IMG/VR virus record: IMGVR_UViG_3300016466_000592
Location: 1-33,377 of that record
DNA from: a virus
Taxonomy: Duplodnaviria > Caudoviricetes
Reading direction: 5' to 3' (one strand)
DNA length: 33,377 bases
Shown here piece by piece: positions 26,732-33,377 of this stretch (within the stretch, counting starts at the first letter, position 1; the number at the start of each line of letters is the position of its first letter). A model generated the notes under the pieces. It was not told where the DNA came from and did not search any database. It worked only from the letters and a program-made list of their open reading frames with translations. Position numbers and translations under genes: made by a program.

Positions 26732-26804
26732 AGTCAGGTGGCGCAATGGTGACGCTGTGGAGTCGCTCTCTGCATTGATATAGGTTCGAATCCTGTCCTG
26801 ACTA
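26732..26804 (+). ncRNA. tRNA-scaffold RNA, AGTCAGG family (73 nt)
   Basis: AGTCAGG/CCTGACT-A acceptor, GCG/CGC D stem, T arm ATAGG-TTCGAAT-CCTGT; central hairpin with a non-canonical loop (GTCGCTC). Confidence 0.75.
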
Positions 26805-26818
26805 CAAAAATTAGTCTT

Positions 26819-26947
26819 ATGAAAAAAATAATTAAGGATTTTCACAAGGCAATGGAGGAAGTTTGCTATCCAATAGACCCATTCCCGTTTTATCTGTTTA
26901 TGATATTAGCATTATTATGTCCTATCATAGTTAAGTTATTAGGATAA
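26819..26947 (+). CDS. 42-aa membrane peptide
   Basis: MKKIIKDFHKAMEEVCYPIDPFPFYLFMILALLCPIIVKLLG fills the gap between two tRNA-like elements. Confidence 0.5.
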   Translation: MKKIIKDFHKAMEEVCYPIDPFPFYLFMILALLCPIIVKLLG

Positions 26948-26952
26948 TAAAC

Positions 26953-27057
26953 AGTCAGGTGGCGGAATTGGTAGACGCTAAACCATTTAGAGATAAGGTG
27001 TAGATTCTCGGTGAGGTACTATACTACATCATACAGGTTCGAATCCTGTCCTGACTA
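26953..27057 (+). ncRNA. tRNA-scaffold RNA, AGTCAGG family (105 nt)
   Basis: AGTCAGG-TGGCGGAATTGGTAGACGC, 54-nt centre, ACAGG-TTCGAAT-CCTGT-CCTGACT-A. Confidence 0.8.
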
Positions 27058-27073
27058 CTTAAAGCAAATAACT

Positions 27074-27295
27074 ATGGCACAACAAACACCAAAAGAAAAG
27101 GCAAAACAATTAGTAGACCAGTATGAACATTCAACTTATTCTCAAGTACAAGGAGAATTGGCTAAACAATGTGCATTAATAGCAGTGGATGAGATAATTA
27201 AAGCGAATCCAACAGAACTATTAGCAGATCCCTATGAGTTTTATTCAAGCAAGGGACATTGGGAACAAGTAAAACAAGAAATAGAAAAACTATAA
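27074..27295 (+). CDS. Small hypothetical phage protein
   Basis: MAQQTPKEKAKQLV...AKQCALIAVDEII...WEQVKQEIEKL; start 27074. Confidence 0.75.
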   Translation: MAQQTPKEKAKQLVDQYEHSTYSQVQGELAKQCALIAVDEIIKANPTELLADPYEFYSSKGHWEQVKQEIEKL

Positions 27296-27297
27296 CT

Positions 27298-27513
27298 ATG
27301 GCACAATTAACAGCAGTAGATTGGTTCTTTAGGTGGATGAATGACAACCCTGAAGCAACCCACAAAGAATGCGTGGACGCATATGAACAAGCCAAGCAAA
27401 TTGAGAAGCAGCAAACAGAGAATGCATACAATGCAGGCTCAAAGGAAATAGAGCAAGACAAAGACAACGCTGCTTGGTATTATTTTGAAACATATGTAAA
27501 ACAACAGCAATGA
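27298..27513 (+). CDS. Small hypothetical protein, paralogue of 29150-29359
   Basis: MAQLTAVDW...EQAKQIEKQQ...YYFETY. Confidence 0.75.
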   Translation: MAQLTAVDWFFRWMNDNPEATHKECVDAYEQAKQIEKQQTENAYNAGSKEIEQDKDNAAWYYFETYVKQQQ

Positions 27514-28046
27514 AACTGATAAAACTATCTGAAGAACACTACATCATAGTGGATGATTCAGAGATTAAAGAAGGTGATTGGATTGGTTTCCCAAATCTAA
27601 AGAAATTCGTACCTGTACAATATCTTGGTGGTGATTTGACAGGTGGTGAAAAAAAAATCACCCACTCCACACAACCACTTGAATGGTTTGGTGGAGAAAT
27701 TATTTTCTTATCAGAGGTGAAAGAACTTCTTGGTGTGGTGGATGTGGAGAAGAAGGCACGTAATTGGTCAACAAGACAAACCACAAGAAGTACAGACTAT
27801 TGGAGAAGTATGGTTTCGACTTATGTTGAGGCATACAACGAATGCCTTGAAGATAACAAGGAGAAGAAGTACACAGAGGAGGATTTAATAACTTTTGGTA
27901 TAAGAGTAACTTCTGAAGCATTTTCTATTATTGATGGTAAAGGTTATGTTGATATGAAAAAATTTGATAAAATTTTACAATGTATCCAACCCAAAACAGA
28001 ATGGGAAGTGGAAATAGTTGATGGAATGTTAAAACTGAAACAATGA
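27510..28046 (+). CDS. Hypothetical phage protein
   Basis: 178 aa with EIKEGDW, KKITHSTQPL and KKYTEEDL motifs; ATGA overlaps at both ends. Confidence 0.75.
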   Translation: MKLIKLSEEHYIIVDDSEIKEGDWIGFPNLKKFVPVQYLGGDLTGGEKKITHSTQPLEWFGGEIIFLSEVKELLGVVDVEKKARNWSTRQTTRSTDYWRSMVSTYVEAYNECLEDNKEKKYTEEDLITFGIRVTSEAFSIIDGKGYVDMKKFDKILQCIQPKTEWEVEIVDGMLKLKQ

Positions 28047-28186
28047 AAAAATTACTAAAAAAGATTAAAACGTGGTGGAATCATCCTTGTTTTTGGAGTC
28101 ATGACTATGAAATCGTGAGTACCGAACAAAGAGCATTAGCCCATAAATGCAATAATTGTGGGAAAGTCAAAATACAAACATTTTAA
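28043..28186 (+). CDS. 47-aa putative zinc-ribbon peptide
   Basis: C...H.Y...C..CG pattern; ATGA overlap with the upstream gene. Confidence 0.55.
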   Translation: MKKLLKKIKTWWNHPCFWSHDYEIVSTEQRALAHKCNNCGKVKIQTF

Positions 28187-28234
28187 TTTAACTATGGAAA
28201 TAAACAAAGAACTTGAACAAAAACTTTCTGAACT

Positions 28235-28549
28235 ATGACTAAACAAATGGTTTATTTACCTGTAAAGGTAGAAGGAGCAAGTGGGAACTATATTCCTGAT
28301 AAATCCGTTTTACTTGTCAAAGAACAGGGTGAAATGGATAAAGATTATATTGATTTAGTAAATCAAAAACAAGGTTACTTCTTCACACCCGAACAACTCA
28401 ATGAATTGTTGTCTGATGTGATTAAGGACGCTCTTAATACTGCTGCTGAAAATGCTGAAGTGGATTTTGAAGATTATGATAAAGAGTTTGTGAACAAACA
28501 ATCAATAACAAACACATTTGAAGAAACCTTTCAAAAGTATAAGGTATGA
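28235..28549 (+). CDS. Hypothetical protein
   Basis: 104 aa; ATGA overlap with the next gene. Confidence 0.7.
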   Translation: MTKQMVYLPVKVEGASGNYIPDKSVLLVKEQGEMDKDYIDLVNQKQGYFFTPEQLNELLSDVIKDALNTAAENAEVDFEDYDKEFVNKQSITNTFEETFQKYKV

Positions 28550-28935
28550 ACACACCTGTAAGTTTTGAATTAGCTAAGTTGCTAACAGAGAAAGAAATAA
28601 TTTTTAAAACAGAAATATATTATTCATCTGCAACCAAAGTAACAAGCGTTTCTTATACAGAATTTGCAGCACCAACCATTGCAGAAGTAGTGATGTGGTT
28701 GTATGAGAAGCATGAGATATGGATAAGTGTTGATTGGATGTCAAGAACTAAACCATACAACTCAGGTTTTTATTGTCATCTAAGAGGCACTAATAAAAAT
28801 CTTAATCAAGATAATTTTGTTAGTATTAACAATACAAAAGAACCGGGGTATGAAGTTTTTAACTCACCAACAGAAGCCTACGAAGCAGCAATTGAATATA
28901 CTTTGAACAATTTGGTATTAACAAAAAACAAATAA
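28546..28935 (+). CDS. Hypothetical phage protein
   Basis: VSFELAKLL.EK...APTIAEVVMWLYEKH.IWI...FNSPTEAYEAAIEY pattern. Confidence 0.75.
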   Translation: MNTPVSFELAKLLTEKEIIFKTEIYYSSATKVTSVSYTEFAAPTIAEVVMWLYEKHEIWISVDWMSRTKPYNSGFYCHLRGTNKNLNQDNFVSINNTKEPGYEVFNSPTEAYEAAIEYTLNNLVLTKNK

Positions 28936-28937
28936 CA

Positions 28938-29144
28938 ATGGCACAAGAAATAAAAAATAATATATCTGTAAGCAGTAGGATAAAACATATTACAGATGAA
29001 CAACAACTCAAAATGATTGATTTTATTATTGATTATAGTTTTGAGGATAAACAACAAGTTTATACTAATGGTACAGTGTTAGTACCATTGTACAGAGTTT
29101 TAGATGCTTTTATACAAAATGGAAACCCATACCAATCAAATTAA
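28938..29144 (+). CDS. Small hypothetical protein
   Basis: 68 aa beginning MAQ with YTNGTVLVPLYRVLDA. Confidence 0.7.
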   Translation: MAQEIKNNISVSSRIKHITDEQQLKMIDFIIDYSFEDKQQVYTNGTVLVPLYRVLDAFIQNGNPYQSN

Positions 29145-29149
29145 ATAAT

Positions 29150-29359
29150 ATGACGCAACAAACCGCAGTAGAATGGTTAATAATGCAACTTCCTGTAAAA
29201 ATAAGAGTTGAACTTTATGAGCAAAACATCCATGAACAAGCCAAACAAATGGAGAAGGAGCAGATAATAAAATCAAATAGGGATGGTGTAGATATGTGTG
29301 TAGATAAAAAGCCATTTATAACAGGAGAACAATACTACAACGAAACTTACAACAAATAA
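29150..29359 (+). CDS. Small hypothetical protein, paralogue of 27298-27513
   Basis: MTQQTAVEWL...EQAKQMEKEQI...EQYYNETY. Confidence 0.75.
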   Translation: MTQQTAVEWLIMQLPVKIRVELYEQNIHEQAKQMEKEQIIKSNRDGVDMCVDKKPFITGEQYYNETYNK

Positions 29360-29370
29360 TATGGCACAAT

Positions 29371-29514
29371 AGTCAGGTGGCGGAGTGATAGACGCTATGC
29401 ATTTGCTATTGCAGAGTTCAGTAAGGCAGTGTGTTTGACATATGACATACGCGAGTCAAAACCAGATAACACATTAAACCTTGAGCACCGTGGGTTTGAT
29501 TCCCACCCTGACTA
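29371..29514 (+). ncRNA. tRNA-scaffold RNA, AGTCAGG family (144 nt)
   Basis: AGTCAGG-TGGCGGAGTGATAGACGC, 94-nt centre, GTGGG-TTTGATT-CCCAC-CCTGACT-A. Confidence 0.75.
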
Positions 29515-29529
29515 CTAAAACACAAGATT

Positions 29530-29733
29530 ATGAAAGATAAAGTATGGCAAAAATCAGTTATTGGAACTGAGATGCAAAGGGTGGAAGTATATCCAACTGA
29601 AAATTTCGATGGTATTATCATTGAGACAAGAGAATTGGATAGCACAAAAACACCAAGACTATATCTCAATAAAGATGAAATGGATTTGCTTATCATAAAA
29701 ATGCAAGAGATGATGAAGTACATTTTAGAATAA
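29530..29733 (+). CDS. Small hypothetical protein
   Basis: 67 aa filling the gap between two tRNA-like elements. Confidence 0.7.
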   Translation: MKDKVWQKSVIGTEMQRVEVYPTENFDGIIIETRELDSTKTPRLYLNKDEMDLLIIKMQEMMKYILE

Positions 29734-29741
29734 TATTATAC

Positions 29742-29893
29742 GGTCAGGTGGCGGAATGGGCTCCTCTCATAGGTGTACACTATGATGACCCTACGGTAAA
29801 CGCGGTCCCTGCGGGTAGAACTGGTAATATAGCGAGTAACTGGAGACGTCCAGTAAAAGTGTTCCCTTGGAGGTTCGAGTCCTCCCCTGACTA
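29742..29893 (+). ncRNA. tRNA-scaffold RNA, AGTCAGG family, with D-loop insertion (152 nt)
   Basis: GGTCAGG-TGGCGGAAT-[~37-nt hairpin]-GGTAAACGC, 65-nt centre, GGAGG-TTCGAGT-CCTCC-CCTGACT-A. Confidence 0.75.
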
Positions 29894-29916
29894 CTAATTA
29901 TTAAACTCACATTACA

Positions 29917-30528
29917 ATGAAGTATGTGTCGATTGATATAGAAACAACAGGGTTAGATCCAAAAATTCATAAGATACTTTCTATTGGTGCTATTGTTGAA
30001 GACACAAAGAATCCTCAGCCATTGGAGATGTGCCCGAAGTTTCACGGCATAATCATTCAAAGAAATTTTCCTATCAGTCCTCGTGCTGCGGTTATCAATG
30101 CTGAACTAATCAGTAACATATCCTTATATATAGAAGGTAATCATATTGAACGCACCATATTAGAAAATAAACTAGACTGTAGATTTTACGAAGAAAGTGA
30201 TATAGCAAGAGCGTTTTACGACTTTCTTAAACGCAATCTGGTACCTGTTGATACACTCCCGCCAGTACCCCTGAAATTCAACGCCGCCGGCAAGAACTTT
30301 GGAACATTTGATAACCTGTTTTTAGAGCAACTCCCTAAATGGAAACAGTATATCAAAGCGAAACAAAGAATATTAGACCCTGCAATTCTGTATGTCAACT
30401 GGCATAGTGATGAGTGGTTACCATCTCTTACCGATTGCAAACAACGAGCAGAAATAAACGGTGCTGTCACCCATGATGCAATCATGGATGCCTGGGATGT
30501 CGTGCAGGTTTTAAGAAAGTTCTATTGA
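29917..30528 (+). CDS. DEDDh 3'-5' exonuclease (DnaQ/RNase T/oligoribonuclease-like)
   Basis: ExoI SIDIETTG, ExoII GKNFGTFD and ExoIII HDAIMDA. Confidence 0.88.
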   Translation: MKYVSIDIETTGLDPKIHKILSIGAIVEDTKNPQPLEMCPKFHGIIIQRNFPISPRAAVINAELISNISLYIEGNHIERTILENKLDCRFYEESDIARAFYDFLKRNLVPVDTLPPVPLKFNAAGKNFGTFDNLFLEQLPKWKQYIKAKQRILDPAILYVNWHSDEWLPSLTDCKQRAEINGAVTHDAIMDAWDVVQVLRKFY

Positions 30529-30586
30529 GATTGGTGAAGTATCATGGGGATGAGTAAACTTATATTTTGATATTATACCCTTGGTG

Positions 30587-30652
30587 TTTCGTGTAGCCAA
30601 GTGGCAGGCAACCCTTAGGGGTAGAACGTTGGTTCGAATCCAACCACGGAAC
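30587..30652 (+). ncRNA. Minimal tRNA-like RNA lacking a 7-nt anticodon loop (66 nt)
   Basis: TTTCGTG/CACGGAA acceptor, TA, GCC-AAGTGGCA-GGC D arm, ACCC-TTAG-GGGT mini-arm, GTTGG-TTCGAAT-CCAAC T arm. Confidence 0.75.
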
Positions 30653-30675
30653 CTTAACCGATTAATAATTAGAGT

Positions 30676-31209
30676 ATGACAACAGAAGAATTAGATGATG
30701 TCAAGAAAGATTACATCAACAATCTTAAGCTGCACATCTTGGAGAACGGTGGGATGTTTTCTCACATTGCTTTGTTTGGTACGAAGATAGACACTAACGA
30801 GAGTGCTATCGTTCATGTAATGGTGGAAGACCAATACATGACTGATGACGGCAAAGAAAAGTTTGTAAACGAGATTGCACCAGAAATGGCTCAGCAAATC
30901 AAAAAGAAGTTTTCTATTCAGTCAGTAGCTTGGACATCCGAAGCTTGGCTGCGTACGGCAGATGCATCCTATGAAGGTAACTGGCAGAACATACCTATCA
31001 AGAACGAAGCACTTATCATCTTATTCGTAGAAAAGGAGAAAGTCAAGACGATTATATATAACATCAAACGAAATGGTAAAGTCGTCAATGAAGAAGGTGA
31101 ACTGGTTGATAGTGTCGAACTAATTGAGAATCTATCTATGGAAGGTAAGCCTGGTGATAAGAAAGTAGAAGATGGAAGAATCATCAAACTTCTCAATCTG
31201 TTTTTATAA
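30676..31209 (+). CDS. Hypothetical protein
   Basis: 177 aa acidic protein with a WTSEAW motif. Confidence 0.7.
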   Translation: MTTEELDDVKKDYINNLKLHILENGGMFSHIALFGTKIDTNESAIVHVMVEDQYMTDDGKEKFVNEIAPEMAQQIKKKFSIQSVAWTSEAWLRTADASYEGNWQNIPIKNEALIILFVEKEKVKTIIYNIKRNGKVVNEEGELVDSVELIENLSMEGKPGDKKVEDGRIIKLLNLFL

Positions 31210-31293
31210 GGCACATAAAAATAGGTCGGGGAGGTTATGACTAACCTCCCTACCTAACATCATTATTAAAAAGAACTCAATTGAAATACAGGT

Positions 31294-31482
31294 ATGAGTT
31301 TGTTTAGACTATTCAATTGTGGTAATGACGGTGAACTATCAAGACTCAAGGAAGAGAATAAGGCATTGAAAGAAAAATTAGCCGAGCGGCAGGAGATAAT
31401 TAATAAGACCAATGCGTATTGGAAGAAGAAGTTATCTGCTGTTACCCGCTCGCAAGGCCAACAACCTCATACAAAAAAGTAA
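31294..31482 (+). CDS. Small coiled-coil protein
   Basis: 62 aa, heptad pattern and INKTNAYWKKK. Confidence 0.6.
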   Translation: MSLFRLFNCGNDGELSRLKEENKALKEKLAERQEIINKTNAYWKKKLSAVTRSQGQQPHTKK

Positions 31483-31592
31483 ATCATAGCCTTATTATCC
31501 ATTAAGTATCAATTAGTTACTTGGTTATGTAGAATATGCGGGGTAGTTTTATTATGTACAACTTCAGTTTGTACTTATAATGTTTACCCCGA

Positions 31593-31859
31593 ATGCTGTA
31601 TCAACTTCCTAACGGGAAGACAATCGAGTTAAGCGCAGAACAGTTTTTAGATCTGTCGGACGAAGAGATACAGTATCTCCTCGCTTTCAACTACGGGGAA
31701 ACACTAGAGAACCCCTGGTTTGGGTCAGCCATTTGTGGTAAATCTTTTGATGAAGACCTTTTCGAACAGGATGATATCTTACCGCTGAGTGAGCTCACCA
31801 ATATTCCTGAAGAAGATAGATTAGAAGACCTCGATTTGGATTACTCAGACGAGGAGTGA
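31593..31859 (+). CDS. Small acidic hypothetical protein
   Basis: MLYQLPNGKTIELS.EQFLDLSDEEIQYL with a very acidic tail. Confidence 0.7.
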   Translation: MLYQLPNGKTIELSAEQFLDLSDEEIQYLLAFNYGETLENPWFGSAICGKSFDEDLFEQDDILPLSELTNIPEEDRLEDLDLDYSDEE

Positions 31860-31886
31860 AATATAGTTGTAATCGATTCAACTACT

Positions 31887-31914
31887 GCTCCGGCATGATT
31901 GTCGGGGCTTTTTT
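31887..31914 (+). terminator. Intrinsic terminator
   Basis: GCTCCGGCA-TGAT-TGTCGGGGC plus T6. Confidence 0.8.
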
Positions 31915-31932
31915 ATTTCTAAATGTTTAATA

Positions 31933-32448
31933 ATGAATACTATGAGTACAGTCGTAGTAAGTGCCGACTCCAATGGTAATATTATTGGAGTGAGTGAGAA
32001 CAACCCTGAATATGGGTATGTCCGTGTAGTTAGTACAGCTACACAAATCAACAATGAAGGTTGGTTGCGAACAGTAAGACGTTCTGCATTGATCAAAGGA
32101 ATGGTCAGTGACCTAACAACTGTCGGTTTTAAAGCAGGTGATACATTGCCTGGTAAAATCGTGGTTAAGGAATCACTACAACCATTCAATCCTAACAATC
32201 CTGAAAGAGACCTGAAGATCGCAGGAGATACAGGTATTGTCTGCAGAGTTGATGATCAACCGATCTATCGTCAAAGTTTCTATACCAGCGATCCTAACGC
32301 TGAAGATGAACTCATCATGCATACTAATGGTGATGAGATCAGGCAGATTCAAGGTGCTAATAGAACGCTCTCTAAACTAGCTGTAAGAAATACAGTAGTA
32401 AGGCCGGGTAAATCCGTAAAAACTCTTGAAGAGTTGGCCAACCTCTGA
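31933..32448 (+). CDS. Conserved hypothetical protein (beta-rich)
   Basis: 171 aa with NPEYGYVRV, LPGKIVVKES and KIAGDTGIVC...QPIYR; bracketed by terminators. Confidence 0.7.
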   Translation: MNTMSTVVVSADSNGNIIGVSENNPEYGYVRVVSTATQINNEGWLRTVRRSALIKGMVSDLTTVGFKAGDTLPGKIVVKESLQPFNPNNPERDLKIAGDTGIVCRVDDQPIYRQSFYTSDPNAEDELIMHTNGDEIRQIQGANRTLSKLAVRNTVVRPGKSVKTLEELANL

Positions 32449-32467
32449 TAGTTCTAACACTAATCTT

Positions 32468-32499
32468 AAAAGCCCGGGAGATAATTCTTCCGGGCTTTT
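32468..32499 (+). terminator. Intrinsic, possibly bidirectional, terminator
   Basis: AAAAGCCCGGGAGA-TAAT-TCTTCCGGGCTTTT. Confidence 0.8.
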
Positions 32500-32589
32500 A
32501 TATTACATTAATATATAATATGTATAAGTTGCAGGTTTATTTTGTAGACTTCATGTTATTGTATAACTTCAATCTAAAATTCTCTAACA

Positions 32590-33114
32590 ATGATAGCCAT
32601 CACCAAAACCGCAGAGAAAAAACCTTTCAGAGTTACAACCCAGCCAGCATATGGTAGGGCAGAAAGGATTCATAATCGGCGCCCTCAGTTAGAAGTGGTG
32701 TCGAAGATTCAAAAGTATGGCCACGTTCGGTATCAGCAAATTGAAAAACCCCCTTTCAATAAGGTCCAACAACGGATCTATGCTGAAGCCATATATGGCC
32801 TCACTTTATTTTCTCAAGATGAGTTGGCTGCTTTGCCTAATAGGAAGCGCTATGATATCATTCAAAGGTTCAAGAGTGCACAAAGCATACTGAACCAATG
32901 GAAACAGGAGATAGCAGACGAACAAGTCAATCGTCTATTTGAAAAGCTTTTTCCTAAATCCCCTATCACTAAAATCTTCAAGTCGATAAAGGGTAGCGAT
33001 CAGTCATTGAAATGCAGGCTAACCTTTAAAGAATTGGGGATCAATCAACAAATGATAGCCCAGAAGTTGATCGATGCAGGAATACTACCGCCTGATTTCT
33101 ATCAACTTACCTAA
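32590..33114 (+). CDS. Basic hypothetical protein
   Basis: 174 aa ending LTFKELGI...LIDAGILPPDFYQL. Confidence 0.7.
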   Translation: MIAITKTAEKKPFRVTTQPAYGRAERIHNRRPQLEVVSKIQKYGHVRYQQIEKPPFNKVQQRIYAEAIYGLTLFSQDELAALPNRKRYDIIQRFKSAQSILNQWKQEIADEQVNRLFEKLFPKSPITKIFKSIKGSDQSLKCRLTFKELGINQQMIAQKLIDAGILPPDFYQLT

Positions 33115-33132
33115 CCCCTCTCCTATTTATAC

Positions 33133-33377
33133 ATGATACAGACAAAGTTGAAAATGTGTGCCGGGTGCAACCAGCCCAGGCACGTTTGGAAATCTCAAGG
33201 TAGACTTAAATACTGTAAAGACTGTTGGCATTCGATGGAGCCACCTAAAAAATTGGCACCCATAAGTCGTAAGATGAAAGTGACCATGGATGAATACACA
33301 AAAAAACGTCTTGCATTTTTTGCAATCAATCCTATGTGTCAAGCTAAACTAGTGGGGTGTACCGGAAGATCTACGGA
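33133..33377 (+). CDS. Cys-rich protein, possibly an HNH-type nuclease (partial)
   Basis: Translated by hand: MIQTKLKMCAGC...YCKDCW...NPMCQAKLVGCTGRST, open at the window end; any HNH core would lie outside the window. Confidence 0.55.
   Translation, partial: MIQTKLKMCAGCNQPRHVWKSQGRLKYCKDCWHSMEPPKKLAPISRKMKVTMDEYTKKRLAFFAINPMCQAKLVGCTGRST

Noticed and set aside
26732-26804. Calling this element tRNA-Ala(CGC)
   Set aside because: It lacks the G3:U70 alanine determinant, has G32 and U37, and shares its acceptor with clearly non-decoding siblings.
9874-27073. ORF calls running through RNA genes (9874-10104, 24637-24837, 5' part of 25700, 26018-26236, 5' part of 27011)
   Set aside because: They translate tRNA/tmRNA sequence (e.g. 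GFDSR, RFESC); real starts lie downstream or the ORFs are spurious.
26732-29893. CRISPR array made of AGTCAGG...CCTGACT repeats
   Set aside because: Spacing is irregular (hundreds to thousands of bases), the units are tRNA-shaped and separated by genes; the PD-(D/E)XK nuclease is a usual phage gene, not part of a cas locus.
1-33377. Stop-codon reassignment as in some crAss-like phages
   Set aside because: Capsid, portal, terminase and other long genes are uninterrupted in code 11, TAA/TGA/TAG all end genes, and no canonical suppressor tRNA was seen.

Overview
Fragment of a crAss-like (Crassvirales-type) phage genome, probably infecting a Bacteroidota host and read in the standard code 11. 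The left half (1-16.6 kb, minus strand) is the virion-assembly operon: major capsid protein (runs off the left end, absent from the ORF track), a putative scaffold, portal and large terminase. It also carries a glycosyltransferase, a Tad2/DUF2829 anti-defence protein, an SNase-like nuclease, a PD-(D/E)XK nuclease, IHF-like proteins and an AT-rich relic of a DpnII-type restriction-modification operon in which only the Dam-like methylase is intact. After a strand switch at about 16.6-16.9 kb the plus strand is unusually rich in RNA genes: a ~920-nt ORF-free structured RNA (GOLLD-like), two further pseudoknotted RNA candidates, tRNA-Leu(UAA) and an oversized tmRNA. Most strikingly, there are seven tRNA-scaffold RNAs (six on plus, one on minus) that keep acceptor, D and T arms but have replaced, shrunken or expanded central domains. 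Four share the acceptor stem RGTCAGG/CCTGACT and punctuate an AT-rich block of small genes. A cyclic-phosphate-processing receiver-domain gene and a DEDDh exonuclease lie among them, suggesting a tRNA-mimic/translation-rescue island. All family assignments come from motif recognition by eye; no searches were run.
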